In this document: in pieces, positions 1-10,739 of the stretch
Numbering within the stretch: the stretch's first letter is position 1
How the letters are laid out: every line of letters starts with the position of its first letter
Assembly: GCF_001194135.2 (NCBI RefSeq)
Contig: NC_068997.1
Span: 29,086,626-29,150,625 of the forward strand
Reading direction: 5' to 3'
Origin: Octopus bimaculoides
Lineage: Eukaryota
Length of the DNA: 64,000 nt
The notes under the pieces: generated by a model
The model's input: the letters and a program-made list of their open reading frames with translations, nothing else
What the model was told of the DNA's origin: nothing
The model's database searches: none
Position numbers and translations under genes: made by a program

Positions 1-184
1 TATATATATATATTATTTATATATTATACACACACACTCACACACGCATACATAAATATATATATCATCAATAAATCATAAATCCGAAAGAGAAACACAC
101 TCTAAATTATAGAGCAGTAGAGTACTTAGAGACTGCTAGTTATGGCCGGTTCATAGGGTTACCCAGAGTTTTGCCTCCATATTA

Positions 185-473
185 TGCCTGAGAAGATTCA
201 TCAAGCCAAGTGAAATCGTAGTTGTGGCCGGTGCTGGTGACACATAAAAGCACCTGTGTCTGTTCACGTAATGGCACCAGTGCAGGTGGCATCTAAAAGG
301 CACCCACTACACTCTTGGATTGGTTGGCATTAGGAAGGAAATCCACCCACAGAAACCAACTCAAAGTTAGACTGGATCCTAGTGCAGTTCTCAGGCTTGC
401 CAGTTCCAGTCAAACCATCAAACCTTTGCCAGCATGGAAATAGAAAGCAGGTGTTAAATGATGATGATGATGA
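185..473 (+). mobile_element. RTE 3' UTR fragment with (GAT)n tail
   Basis: aaagcacc repeats, tggttggcattaggaagg block and gttaaatgatgatgat end; same family as the 52229 copy. Confidence 0.7.
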
Positions 474-490
474 TATATAGTGAATGGATT

Positions 491-905
491 ATCATCATCA
501 TCATCGTCAACGTTTAACCTCTGCTTTCCATGCTGGCATGGGTTGGACGGTTTGACTAGGAGCTAGCAAGCCAGAAGGCTGCACCAGGCTCCAATCTGAT
601 CTGGCAAAGCTTCTACAGGTGGATACCCTTCCTAACGCCAACAACTCTGAGAGTGTAGTGGATGCTTTTTACGTACCACCGGCACAAGGGCATCGACTAT
701 GCTCGAATGGTGCTTTTTACATGCCACTGGCATGGGTGTCAGTTAGGTAGAACTGACATTGACCACACTTGAACGGTGCCTTTTACATGCCACCGGCACG
801 GGTGCCAATCAGGGGGTACTGTCATCGGCCATAACAACTTCACTTGCCTCAACAGGTCTTTGAAAGTGCAGTTTATTGCCCAAGGATTGAAGGGTACTCT
901 TAAAT
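491..905 (-). mobile_element. RTE 3' UTR fragment
   Basis: (ATC)n, then ttccatgctggcatgggttggac..cccttcctaacgccaac..ggtgctttt repeats. Confidence 0.7.
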
Positions 906-1058
906 CAGCATATTAAATCTAGGTAGGTACCGTTCAAGCACTCTAGTATAATCTAAGTTCTGGCTAACCACATTAAGTGATGAGGAATCAAAGGAGATTG
1001 TTTAAAACAATTACATGGTACTTCACCCAATAGGTCAATTCTTAATTTTTCAAGGGTA

Positions 1059-1890
1059 AGTGGAGCTCTGTTGAAGGATAATTAGGTTGTAAGGATAGGT
1101 TCTGATGGAAAGATATTATGTAAGATTTTTTTATTGATTAAATTTGGAGTTGTGTTGCTGTTCAGAATTCAGTCATGCATGTAGAACTTTGTAATCAGGT
1201 CTGTCCCTTTAGCTGCTTCATCTTCAGGTTTTGGAGATATTTAGGGTTTACAAAAGAATGTAAGTAGGTGAAAAGGTTAGATTGTCAGTAGATGTGTAAA
1301 TAGGTTTAGTTGTCATTGATGTTATTTGAATACATGTGGGAGATTTGATCTAAAGCTGAGACACCTAATTATTAAGATAGACATGCTTGACTGAACTCTA
1401 AACAATAGCCTCCAGCTTTCCAAAAGAAACAGGTTAAATTTAAATAACACCAGCAAAAGCAGAAATCTGCTGACCAACTAACCTTTTCACCTGCTCTTTT
1501 GTGAACTCTTAAAAACTCCATGACCTAAAGCTGATACACCTAATTACACAGCTGTATGTGCGGGACTGAACTCTGACCAGAACCTGCACATTTCCAAAAC
1601 AAACAGGTTAAATCTTCCATTAGTGTTCAAATAGAATCAACAACTAAACCTATTTATACTACAGACAAACTAATCTTTTCACCTACCTATATTCGTTTGT
1701 GAACTCCAAAAACCAACTTCAAGACATGAAGTTGGCATACCTAAATAGAGAGACATGATTTCAAAGTTTTACATGCTTGACTGAATTTTGAGTAATAACT
1801 CAACTCCAAATCTGATCAATAAAAATTTTCCATAATATCTTTCCATCATAATTCATCCAACAATCTAATTATCATTTAATAGAGCTCCAT
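1059..1890. repeat. Diverged foldback structure with internal direct subrepeats
   Basis: ~1059-1320 is the reverse complement of ~1637-1890; the spacer holds two ctaaagctga.acacctaatta..gactgaactct..aaacaggttaaat units. Confidence 0.65.
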
Positions 1891-2482
1891 GTTACCAAGA
1901 ACAATTAAACACACCAAAGACTATATAAAACCAAGATAGATTCAAATGTACCACAGTCCACCAAGGAGTAAATAGGCTTAAAGTCTTAAGATACTGTCAA
2001 CAATACATATACATATGGATACATGTGTGTGTGTGTGGGGGGGGGTGCACTCTAGTATTTGTGTTTGTTTCTCAGTGCATGAAGCCAGTATTGGTTTATT
2101 TACATTCCTGTAACTTAGCAGTTTGTAAAAAAAAAAAAAATTGACATAAGAAGCACAAGATTTGAAATAAAAACAGAGGTAGGGGTGGGGTTGATTTACT
2201 CAATTAAAACCTTTCAAAGTGGTGGCCCAGCATGGCTGCAATCCACTGACTGGAACAAGCAAAAGAATAACTAGTTCAGATGAGTAACATGTCCNNNNNN
2301 NNNNNNNNNNNNNNNNNNNNNNNNNNNNNNNNNNNNNNNNNNNNNNNNNNNNNNNNNNNNNNNNNNNNNNNNNNNNNNNNNNNNNNNNNNNNNATAATAA
2401 TAATAATAATAATAAAGGATTGAGGTAACTCCTCCAGAAGATATAGAGTCAAAATTAAAAGAAGAGTGCCATTGTCATCTAG

Positions 2483-2523
2483 TGAACGATATTTCGACAT
2501 CTCGTGTGTCTTCAACAGGTTCA
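2483..2523 (-). ncRNA. Minimal type-I hammerhead ribozyme-like motif (variant core CUGUUGA)
   Basis: Minus strand reads TGAAC CTGTTGA A GACA-cacgaga-TGTC GAAA TAT C GTTCA: 5-bp stem I, 4-bp stem II, GAAA, palindromic ATAT stem III, AUC cleavage triplet. Confidence 0.6.
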
Positions 2524-2622
2524 AAAAATAATTCTTTTAATTTTAACTCTATATCTTCTGGAGGAGTTACCTCAATCCTTTATATATTAGCCAAAATGAA
2601 GTAGATTGACAAAATTATTTTT

Positions 2623-2663
2623 TGAACCTGTTGAAGACACACAAAATGTCGAAATATCGTTCA
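2623..2663 (+). ncRNA. Minimal type-I hammerhead ribozyme-like motif (variant core CUGUUGA), second copy
   Basis: TGAAC CTGTTGA A GACA-cacaaaa-TGTC GAAA TAT C GTTCA. Differs from copy 1 only at two stem-II loop bases. Confidence 0.6.
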
Positions 2664-2725
2664 CTAGATGACAATGGCACTCTTCTTTTAATTTTGACTT
2701 AATTATGATGATAATAACAACAACA

Positions 2726-2867
2726 ACAAAAAATACTTTAGGAAGGAGAACCCAGATCTGAAATTTCCCCAAAGACACCTGATGAAGGCTGGAGGGTATA
2801 TCAGCTAAAATGTTGTGTTCACAACAAACAAGATGAAGACAAATATCCGTCAAATGTAAATAATGTA
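2726..2867 (+). mobile_element. Probable Penelope-like element terminal repeat fragment
   Basis: Carries the hammerhead-like motif typical of PLE pseudo-LTRs and ends in aatgtaaataatgtaa. Family assignment is by recall and inference. Confidence 0.45.
2774..2819 (+). ncRNA. Decayed minimal type-I hammerhead-like motif of a different family
   Basis: GACAC CTGATGA A GGCTG-gagggtatat-CAGCT AAAA TGT T GTGTT. Canonical CUGAUGA, but GAAA reads AAAA. Confidence 0.5.
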
Positions 2868-3647
2868 AGGTTTTGAATTTGTGGAGGGCAGCAGGCTCTC
2901 ATCATCAAATAAGGAAAATCTATTTCAGGAGTGTTTGACCAATATCCATCACAATACTAACAAGACTTGTTTCCTTTGGAAGGTGAACATTATCATATTT
3001 TTAATGCCAATTAGTGACATTGATGTTGCAACGGAAAAAAAAACAACAGAATTTCTTTCTTTTCTTCTTTTTTTTTATGTATTTTTCCATGCTAGTATAT
3101 GTGGGACTTTTTCTTTTTACTGCTGTAAAGAAGGCAGGGAAGAAATGTTTTCACTGCTAGATTCCCATGCCATTAATCAATTAGCTGTGAAATAGGAGTG
3201 AAACCTGATGTTGGAGAAACAGTATGGAGTGGGTAAGGTTATGCATTTTGTCCAAGAGTACAACACATTTACCAGAGAATTGCCTGGGTAGAACAGACAA
3301 CTATATGGCCAATAAACTCAGTAACTCAATCTCAGAGACACTGTGCTTTTTAGGACATGAACTCTGACACAGTCTCTAAAGAGAGAATCTCTTTGCCTTA
3401 TGGTATGCAGTTTCTTGTCCAATTTGTTCAAATCTTGGCTGATATAAATTTGAATAACAATCTCCTGAAAAAGAGAAAAACAAAAGTGTGCCAAAGAGGA
3501 TATTTCTTAAGACATTTTGGGGCTACTTCAGTGTGTGGTCTACCTGGCTATTTACGCTTTATCATGCAGTCTTATCCCAGACCCTAACCTTAACTCTAAA
3601 CCTAATCCTAAACTCCAACCCAGATCAGGTAATTTCACAGTATAGAC

Positions 3648-3906
3648 CAGTGGTTCCCAACCTTTTTACTACAAGGGACCCCTTTTATTTAAATGAGTTT
3701 TCCCACTGACCCCTTTTAATATGCTTATCCTTATGTGTGTGCGTGTGTGTATACACACACACACACATTGGATTGGTGCATAATTATTGCGGCTTTTATT
3801 CAACAAAAATAACATGTAAACAAAAACATCTTTAAATGATTATTCCGGACCATATTCACCAGCTACTTCAATTACTGCTTCCCAATACTACCTTTGAGGA
3901 CCACAG
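3648..3906. mobile_element. Probable hAT (Charlie-like) MITE
   Basis: Starts CAGTGGTTCCCAACCTTTTT and ends TTGAGGACCACAG (imperfect TIR); the 8-bp TSD is not intact. Confidence 0.5.
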
Positions 3907-4957
3907 ATTTATATATTTATCTCCTAATGAACTAATATGATTTAAATTTTTTGTGCTTCATCGTTGAAAATATGACTATTAACTGAAACTTGTTATGGTG
4001 TGTATTCATTTTCCTCAACGGTGTAAAGTTGAAGATGAAAACTATACAACAAAAGGTTTCATGTCCATTTAAAAATCTCGATTTAATATAATGGGGGATA
4101 GGTAGTCATTTAGGTGTTCGTAAAATATAAATAGTAAATTGATTCTAAATTATTAACTGACGAGATTAAATCGAAACAGAAAGGTAAGTCGAATAATTCA
4201 TATTTAACAAAAGTTTATTAATTTATCGTTGCAATTCAGTTTACCAGTTGCAATTTGTTTTAATTTAAAGTGTATTCGATCGCGGGATTATTTTCAGTAC
4301 TTGACGCCCGCCTTCCGTGCATTAGCTCACCCTCAAGCACCCAGTCATTCAAGAAAGTTGAAGGTTGAATATATAAAATAGTTTAAAATTTTGGCACAAG
4401 GCCAGCAATTCCAGGGTCGATTATAACGACGCCAGTGTTCAACTAGTACTTATTTTATCGACCTCGAAAGGATGAAAAGCAAAGTTGACCTTAGTGGCAT
4501 TTGAACTTAGAGCGAAAACCGATAACTTGAGTATTTAGAGCGGGCCCCCCACGCTGAAAATTCGAGGCGTATAGCATATACAATTCATAGTACTAGTTAA
4601 TTGGAGACTGTTTGTAGCAACTTTATACTCATTTGCTAGACCTCATATTTCAACGTAGTTTTTAATTATCACAAGCTATCTACTTTTTAGAAAGCAATTT
4701 CTAAACAAATCAATTTGTCGGTTAACCCAGGTCACCTCTCCATTCATATTACATGTCGTTTCTCCGTTTTTTTTTTACGTTTTATATCAAGAAAGTTTGT
4801 TTACAGGATGTATGTGCATCATTTCCTACTTTAAGAATATAAAATAATACACCAGTTTACAGTTGCAAAGAACAATATCAACTTTCTCGTCCGTGTCCCC
4901 TTTTGCTATTTATTAGGCTTACGGCAGCATTTTCTGTGTGACTAAGAATAACGAAGG

Positions 4958-5480
4958 ACTAGCGGCTGTACCCGGCTTTGCCCAGGATTATTAATATCTA
5001 AAATAAATATAGTTCATTATATTTTAAATAAATTGCTTTAAAAAAAGTGCTGACAATCCTCAGTTCGTCCGGGAATTTTTATTTTCTCAGAATTGTAGCT
5101 GCCAACCCATCCAAAAGATCGTTGAAATTGAACTTCATAAAAATGCGCAAAAAAAATATAGAGCCTAAATATGAAAATTTTCGCTTACATTTTATCAATT
5201 TTCTCGAAAATGAAAAAGCGTTATTCTTTTTAAAATATCAATTTAGATTGTTTCTCTAAATTAATTATTTCCCAGATCAATAAACATTCCAGTACTTGTT
5301 GCGGTACTCGGGGTTATACAATAGTCTTAGTTTTTTTTTTCTCTGCCAAAATTTAAAAATAACAATTTTCAGAAAAAGTTAGAGTCCCATGACCTCCTTA
5401 ATAAGCGGCGCCCCTATTACAGCTACTTACGTAGGGCCTACTATTAGGAACATGCATACATTTACTTTTACATATATTAA
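4958..5480. mobile_element. Possible Helentron-associated (HINE/DINE-like) non-autonomous element
   Basis: Begins ACTAGCGGCTGTACCCGGCTTTGCCCAGG and ends near catacatttacttttacatatat, resembling such termini. Boundaries uncertain. Confidence 0.3.
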
Positions 5481-6569
5481 AGGCACAAAGGAGTTTATAA
5501 ATCTTTCCAATGTGTTTTTTAAAAAATAATCTTCAGAGAAATTAAAAGCAACAAATATTTTGTTTAAGAATAATAAATACTGCCGAAAATTTACCATTAC
5601 CCGTTAACACAGTATTTCCTCTCATAAGTAAAAAGTTACATAAATTATTTCTAGATATTACTTTTAAAAGAACGAAACCGTATCTAGCAGAAGCCGCATA
5701 TTTCTTTGTAAAGTTATATTTTATTTAACTGTGACAAGCATTATCATTTAAATTTTTTACATTGGTAAATTTCAAATTAATGGAAAAAGAAAGCGTTGAA
5801 TGTGCAACACATGCCTTTCCCAAAGAAACGATAGTGTAGCTACACTATGCATCATACTTTGGTAAATAAAATATTTATCTTCTAAAATGTATTGCTTCGA
5901 AGAATTTAAGAAACAAAAAAATTCACTTCAGAATATTTTTGAGGTTAATTTTAATGTGAAACATCAAGAATATGTTTCGTCTGTTCGAGCCTGGATATTT
6001 CTAGTTACTAAAAATAAAATTGCCCTTTTCTCTTAATTAGAATCTCACTTCAAGACTGGAGAACAACAACAACAACGTTAATGAAGCAATTAAAGAGAGA
6101 GAGAAGGGGAGAGAGAGAGAAAGACCAGACAAGCGAGATATTAAACGAGACTTCACGGGAGCTGGCATTATCACTTACCAATCCATGATGGCTGATCCGA
6201 TTACTGAGGTAATTGTTGTTATTTAATCATTTCAGGAGAGAAATTACATTTTATTCATAATAATTACCTGAATATATTTAGGAAATTTAATGCCGGTATA
6301 ATAGTAATTATTATTATGGCTGTTTTATTGTTTCTATTGCAGCTTCTTATATATAAAAAGGCAATACTTGTTAAGTGATGTGTGATGAGGAGTTATTTTT
6401 CCTTTAGGCCATATCGCTTTCATTTATTTACTGGATCATTCTATCGTAAAGTATTAGAGAAAGAGTTGTCTTTTTTTAAAATTTTTGTATGCGTATATTT
6501 ACATTATTTGTCAATATTGGTCATATTTCTGTGGAGACAAGTCACCAGCAGCGGCGGCTTTTCGTCTGT

Positions 6570-6598
6570 GTCGGCCATATATGGCTTGTAATGACGTA
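6570..6598. promoter_or_regulatory. CArG box (CCATATATGG, 6575-6584) plus CRE-like TGACGTA (6592-6598), copy 1
   Basis: Exact CC(A/T)6GG match within GTCGGCCATATATGGCT, 7 nt from TGACGT. Confidence 0.55.
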
Positions 6599-6767
6599 GG
6601 AACAGATATCTTTGGCAAGTGACTCCCCAGATGCACCTGACTCTTTAAAAAAAAACACCGGCAACTATGTGTATTTGCTGTATCCTTAAAATGTCTAACA
6701 GCAAAGAGTGCCTTGCATAATCGAGTGTGTGTGTCTATATCCATTGATATTGTCTCGACTAACTTTG

Positions 6768-6795
6768 GTCGGCCATATATGGCTGCTCTGACGTA
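6768..6795. promoter_or_regulatory. CArG box (6773-6782) plus CRE-like TGACGTA (6789-6795), copy 2
   Basis: Same 17-mer GTCGGCCATATATGGCT, 6 nt from TGACGT. Confidence 0.55.
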
Positions 6796-7025
6796 GAGAA
6801 GAAGAAGACTGCTGACATCTTCGAGATGCTACCATCAACAACTCCCTCGATTCCTTAAACAATTGAACTTAGATTTTTTTCTAATCGTTACCAACAGTAA
6901 TTCCACGATGTTCTCCTGTCCTTTATTACAATGGATACCTGTTGTCATTATAATATTTTCTGCAAACAGCACTTAAACAGCTGAATCACTTCTATGTTTA
7001 TATCTATTTCTTTTCCCCGTTTCAG

Positions 7026-7323
7026 AGCGAACAGCAACATCAGCCATCATCCCTGCCATTATATCTGAACCTTTGTTGAATTAAGGAACACTAGTAGTAT
7101 CTTGCCCCATCTATACTCTGTACTTGGTCCGTCACAGTTCCTTCTTTGTGCTGCTTTGCCGTCCTCAAATTTGATGTTGTAACTATATGTAGTAGTTCCA
7201 ACAACTGTAATCGTTAAACGAGTATACCAGGACCAAACAAACCGCCAGTAATACAAGAAATTGAAACCCTTAAAACTAAAATCCAAAAATCTCATTGAAG
7301 CAGAGATATCCGACAACTTGGCC
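7026..7323 (+). other. CLASP: Probable 5' UTR part of the first coding exon of CLASP
   Basis: Polypyrimidine tract plus ttcag| acceptor at 7025, upstream of the ATG; implies a further upstream non-coding exon. Confidence 0.5.
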
Positions 7324-7500
7324 ATGGCATCTTTGGATACTTTTATGCGCAATGTCGTAACCCAGGATACAAGGAGTCGGACCCAGGTTCATTCTGAACT
7401 TGTGTCCTATCTAAGTGACCCCGGAGCATCTTTAGATTGCGAGGATATTGACCAATTCATCAATGGCTTAGTTGCATGGGTGAACAGCAGTAACTTCAAG
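7324..7500 (+). CDS. CLASP: CLASP coding exon 1 (TOG1 N-terminus)
   Basis: gccATGG Kozak context at 7324. 177 nt encode MASLDTFMRNVVTQDTRSRTQVHSELVSYLSDPGASLDCEDIDQFINGLVAWVNSSNFK, matching the CLASP WVNSSNYK motif. Phase-0 donor AAG|GTAAAC at 7501. Confidence 0.93.
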
Positions 7501-8650
7501 GTAAACACTTTCGTTTTATTACTTCTGGTTTCACCATTTTAGGTTTTATTTATTTATTTATTTCCTCTCTCCGCCCATTTCTACCCTGAATATGGTGAAG
7601 TTCCCCTCCCCCCCATTAAGCTATGCTCCAGAAATTAAATAATGCAATATGTTGTGTATATATATTGCACTATTTAATTTCTGGAGAATTAGAAAATATC
7701 TGCAAACCTTAGTTTCTTCCCGTTTAGGGAATAAAAAAAAAACCAACGAAATAATAATAGCAACACTCGCTACCCTAGGTAGTAGACTGATAACAGCTAA
7801 GGTGTTGAAATACCGTTTTGCTTTACGTATTCTTTTGTTTGTATCGTAGTGAAGTTAGTCATTCATAGCTTTCAGTGTCGGAATGTCTTTATGCAAACGA
7901 TTTACTCTAAGGATGACTAAATTGCTGCTACTACCACTACTACTACCACCACCACCACCAAACACTGTTACAACTACTGTAATAATTATTTATTTTTGAG
8001 CTTTTGTGTAAACAGTGATTGATATTAAAATTACTAAGAGGGGGGAGGAGGAGGGCAAATGGAAGGATATGATTTCTTTTAGGATCATAAAAAAAAAGAA
8101 AAAAGGAACCCCAGCCGTTTCTACCTCCCCGCCCTTTTCCAATAAATAGATTTTCGATTTGTCATAATTCTTCTGCCTGCTGTCTGTATTGCAGAATGCA
8201 TTGTGAGGCAGTGTTTGTGCAATTGTTGGTCGACTACCACTGCAAGTGCTATACATAGAATGCAGATAGATAGCTGCTGCTATTTTCTAAATTTCTCCTG
8301 TCTGGCACCCCTGATGTCATCTTCTCTCCTCACATTCCCCTCTCTATATCTATGTCTCCATTGATATCTCTTGCTTGCTGGTGTTGTTGTGATCGTCTTC
8401 TTGTAATCTCGAATCTGTTCCGTTTTTACTTCCTCGCCCACCATTCACGCAACCATCTTCGCCACATCCATCACCTCATCCATGTTTGTCATTCTGCCCA
8501 TCTGGATGTTGGAGTTCTCACAGATAACTGTTGCCATCTTTTCTTTACAACACATACCGTCATACCGTACACATTTTCTCCTTATCTTAGATAAATTTTT
8601 GCGTCTTAAAATCTAACAGTGCTAAAAAACTTTTATATCTATGTAGCATG

Positions 8651-8688
<38 letters not shown>

Positions 8689-9680
8689 NNNNNNNNNNTG
8701 TGTGTGTGTGATGTCACTGAGATATTTAAAATTTACTTGGCATTGAAATGATAGTAAAATTGCTTATCAAAATACATTAAGTTTTTAAGTGTAAAGGCAT
8801 ATTTTTTTAAGGCTTTATTTAAATTCAACATATTTGAATCTCTTCCTCAAATTTGAGCAGATGCATTTAGAATTCAATCTGCTTTGACCAGCTTGTTCGC
8901 TCCAATGAGTCGATGGTTAAATTATTTTCTTGTTCATTGGAGCACATACAACCACCATTATTATTTTAGAATGTCATTTGGGTTTATTAAATGTCCGATC
9001 ACAATTAGTTCACTCTGAAATAAACAACTGGAATGAAATGAAATATTACTCCATCGATAGATTGGCAAATCTATAACTGTTATCTATCTTTTATCATCAA
9101 CTCGTAATATATCTCCCTATCCGCTGCACTGATTGTTGCAGTCGGAGACCTCTGCCTGCAAGTTCTTTAAATAAATATGTACAAGGTAGACGACGACAAA
9201 GATGATGATGATTGTTGTTAACGATGAGCTTTCTAATACTGCAGTATGATGATGACTCATTCACCCAGCAGTTTGTTGCATATGTCATTCGGACATTTCA
9301 CTTCTTTCTCACTCGACTTGAATATCATCTTTTTTTTTTTTAATAATATTGTGCTGGTAGTCTGTCTCCTCCCTCTATATTAACAGATATTTCAACATTA
9401 CGATATTGATACTCTAACTTAAATATTGGATTGTTACGATCGTTATTTTACGCAGAAAATAAACATTTTGTAATTGAAAATGTCTGTTCTCGTACTTGAA
9501 AAAAAAAATTATAATTAAAAAACAAGAACGTCTTGCTAAAACTCTGTCAGCGATGGTTGGTGCCCCTTAATAATATGTCTAGTGGAGGTTGGCATCAGAA
9601 AATTATTCTGGTCGGCAAAATGAATAATTGTTTATGCAGTCAAATAGATAATTATTTCTCTTTTCTCTCTCTCTCTCTTT

Positions 9681-9719
<39 letters not shown>

Positions 9720-10739
9720 TAATGATTATAATATACTTACTATATTAATCAATAATTTATTCTGTCTCATAGTATGTGATCTCTAAGTATCTCCCCTTTT
9801 AATGAAAGAAAAGAACACGGGCTTGAACTTGCTGAGCGCATCCGATCGCACACACACACACTTATAGATCCTTTTCGGATGTAGACAATACGTATGATCA
9901 TATTTCTGGGGGCAGTGGGTGGACTGTGTTTTTTTTTTTCTGCATGTTTTTTAATTAACCAAAACGGTATAAATACATGGCCAAAGGGAATTTAGTTTCG
10001 TATTTCTATGTTCTAGGTTATATGCTACACATTTCTTTGTGTCAGTATGAGAAATTATATTCATTGAGAGTGAAAAGTCGAATTAGTAGCGATAAACAAT
10101 CTGTAGATTTGGGTTCGGATTTTTGTAGAAATTGATTGTTGTCTTCCACCGTTCTGGAATCGGTCTGTGGTGGAGGTCAATACGATCAATGAATGATTAA
10201 AGTGAAAACTATGTTGACGATATCGGAAACACTAAAAGCCCTGGACTAAATGCCTTTCTTTCATCAACCCTTTCATCTTGTACATCAAAATGCGATTGGA
10301 GTTTTAATGAAATAAGTACTAGGATAGATTTCAAGCATCCTGCTCTTAGAATTGGCATATTTGTTACCAATATACGTGATCTGTGTTTTGAATTTCTCTT
10401 ACGCTTTATGTATATATATAATTAAATTGATGTTGATACCTCCATCAATGGTTACGAAGCTGATACACTGCAGAAAAATTGTTTTTCATTATACAGAATG
10501 CATTGATGAGTAAATATAGGAATTAAAGGGTAAAAAGAAAGGATTACGGATTTATGATTATACGAGAAAATGAGAATTAAGATGGGTTTGGCTTAATCGA
10601 GATTTATTTCATTCGTCCTACCAGATGGCTGCTGCTGATGAAGACAAGCGTTCAGTTTTCATGTGCGATGACAAGTACATTCTCATTTACCTGTCCACAT
10701 TAATTAATCTTATTGAATCGATATATATATATATATATA

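Noticed and set aside
7261-7323. N-terminal extension of CLASP from the TTG start in the ORF track
   Set aside because: Non-ATG start; homology and a strong Kozak context begin at ATG 7324.
10634-10665. Other CTGATGA occurrences (10636, 37408, 41924, 53388, 59562) as hammerheads or C/D boxes
   Set aside because: No correctly placed stem II plus GAAA plus stem I, and no convincing terminal stem or D box.
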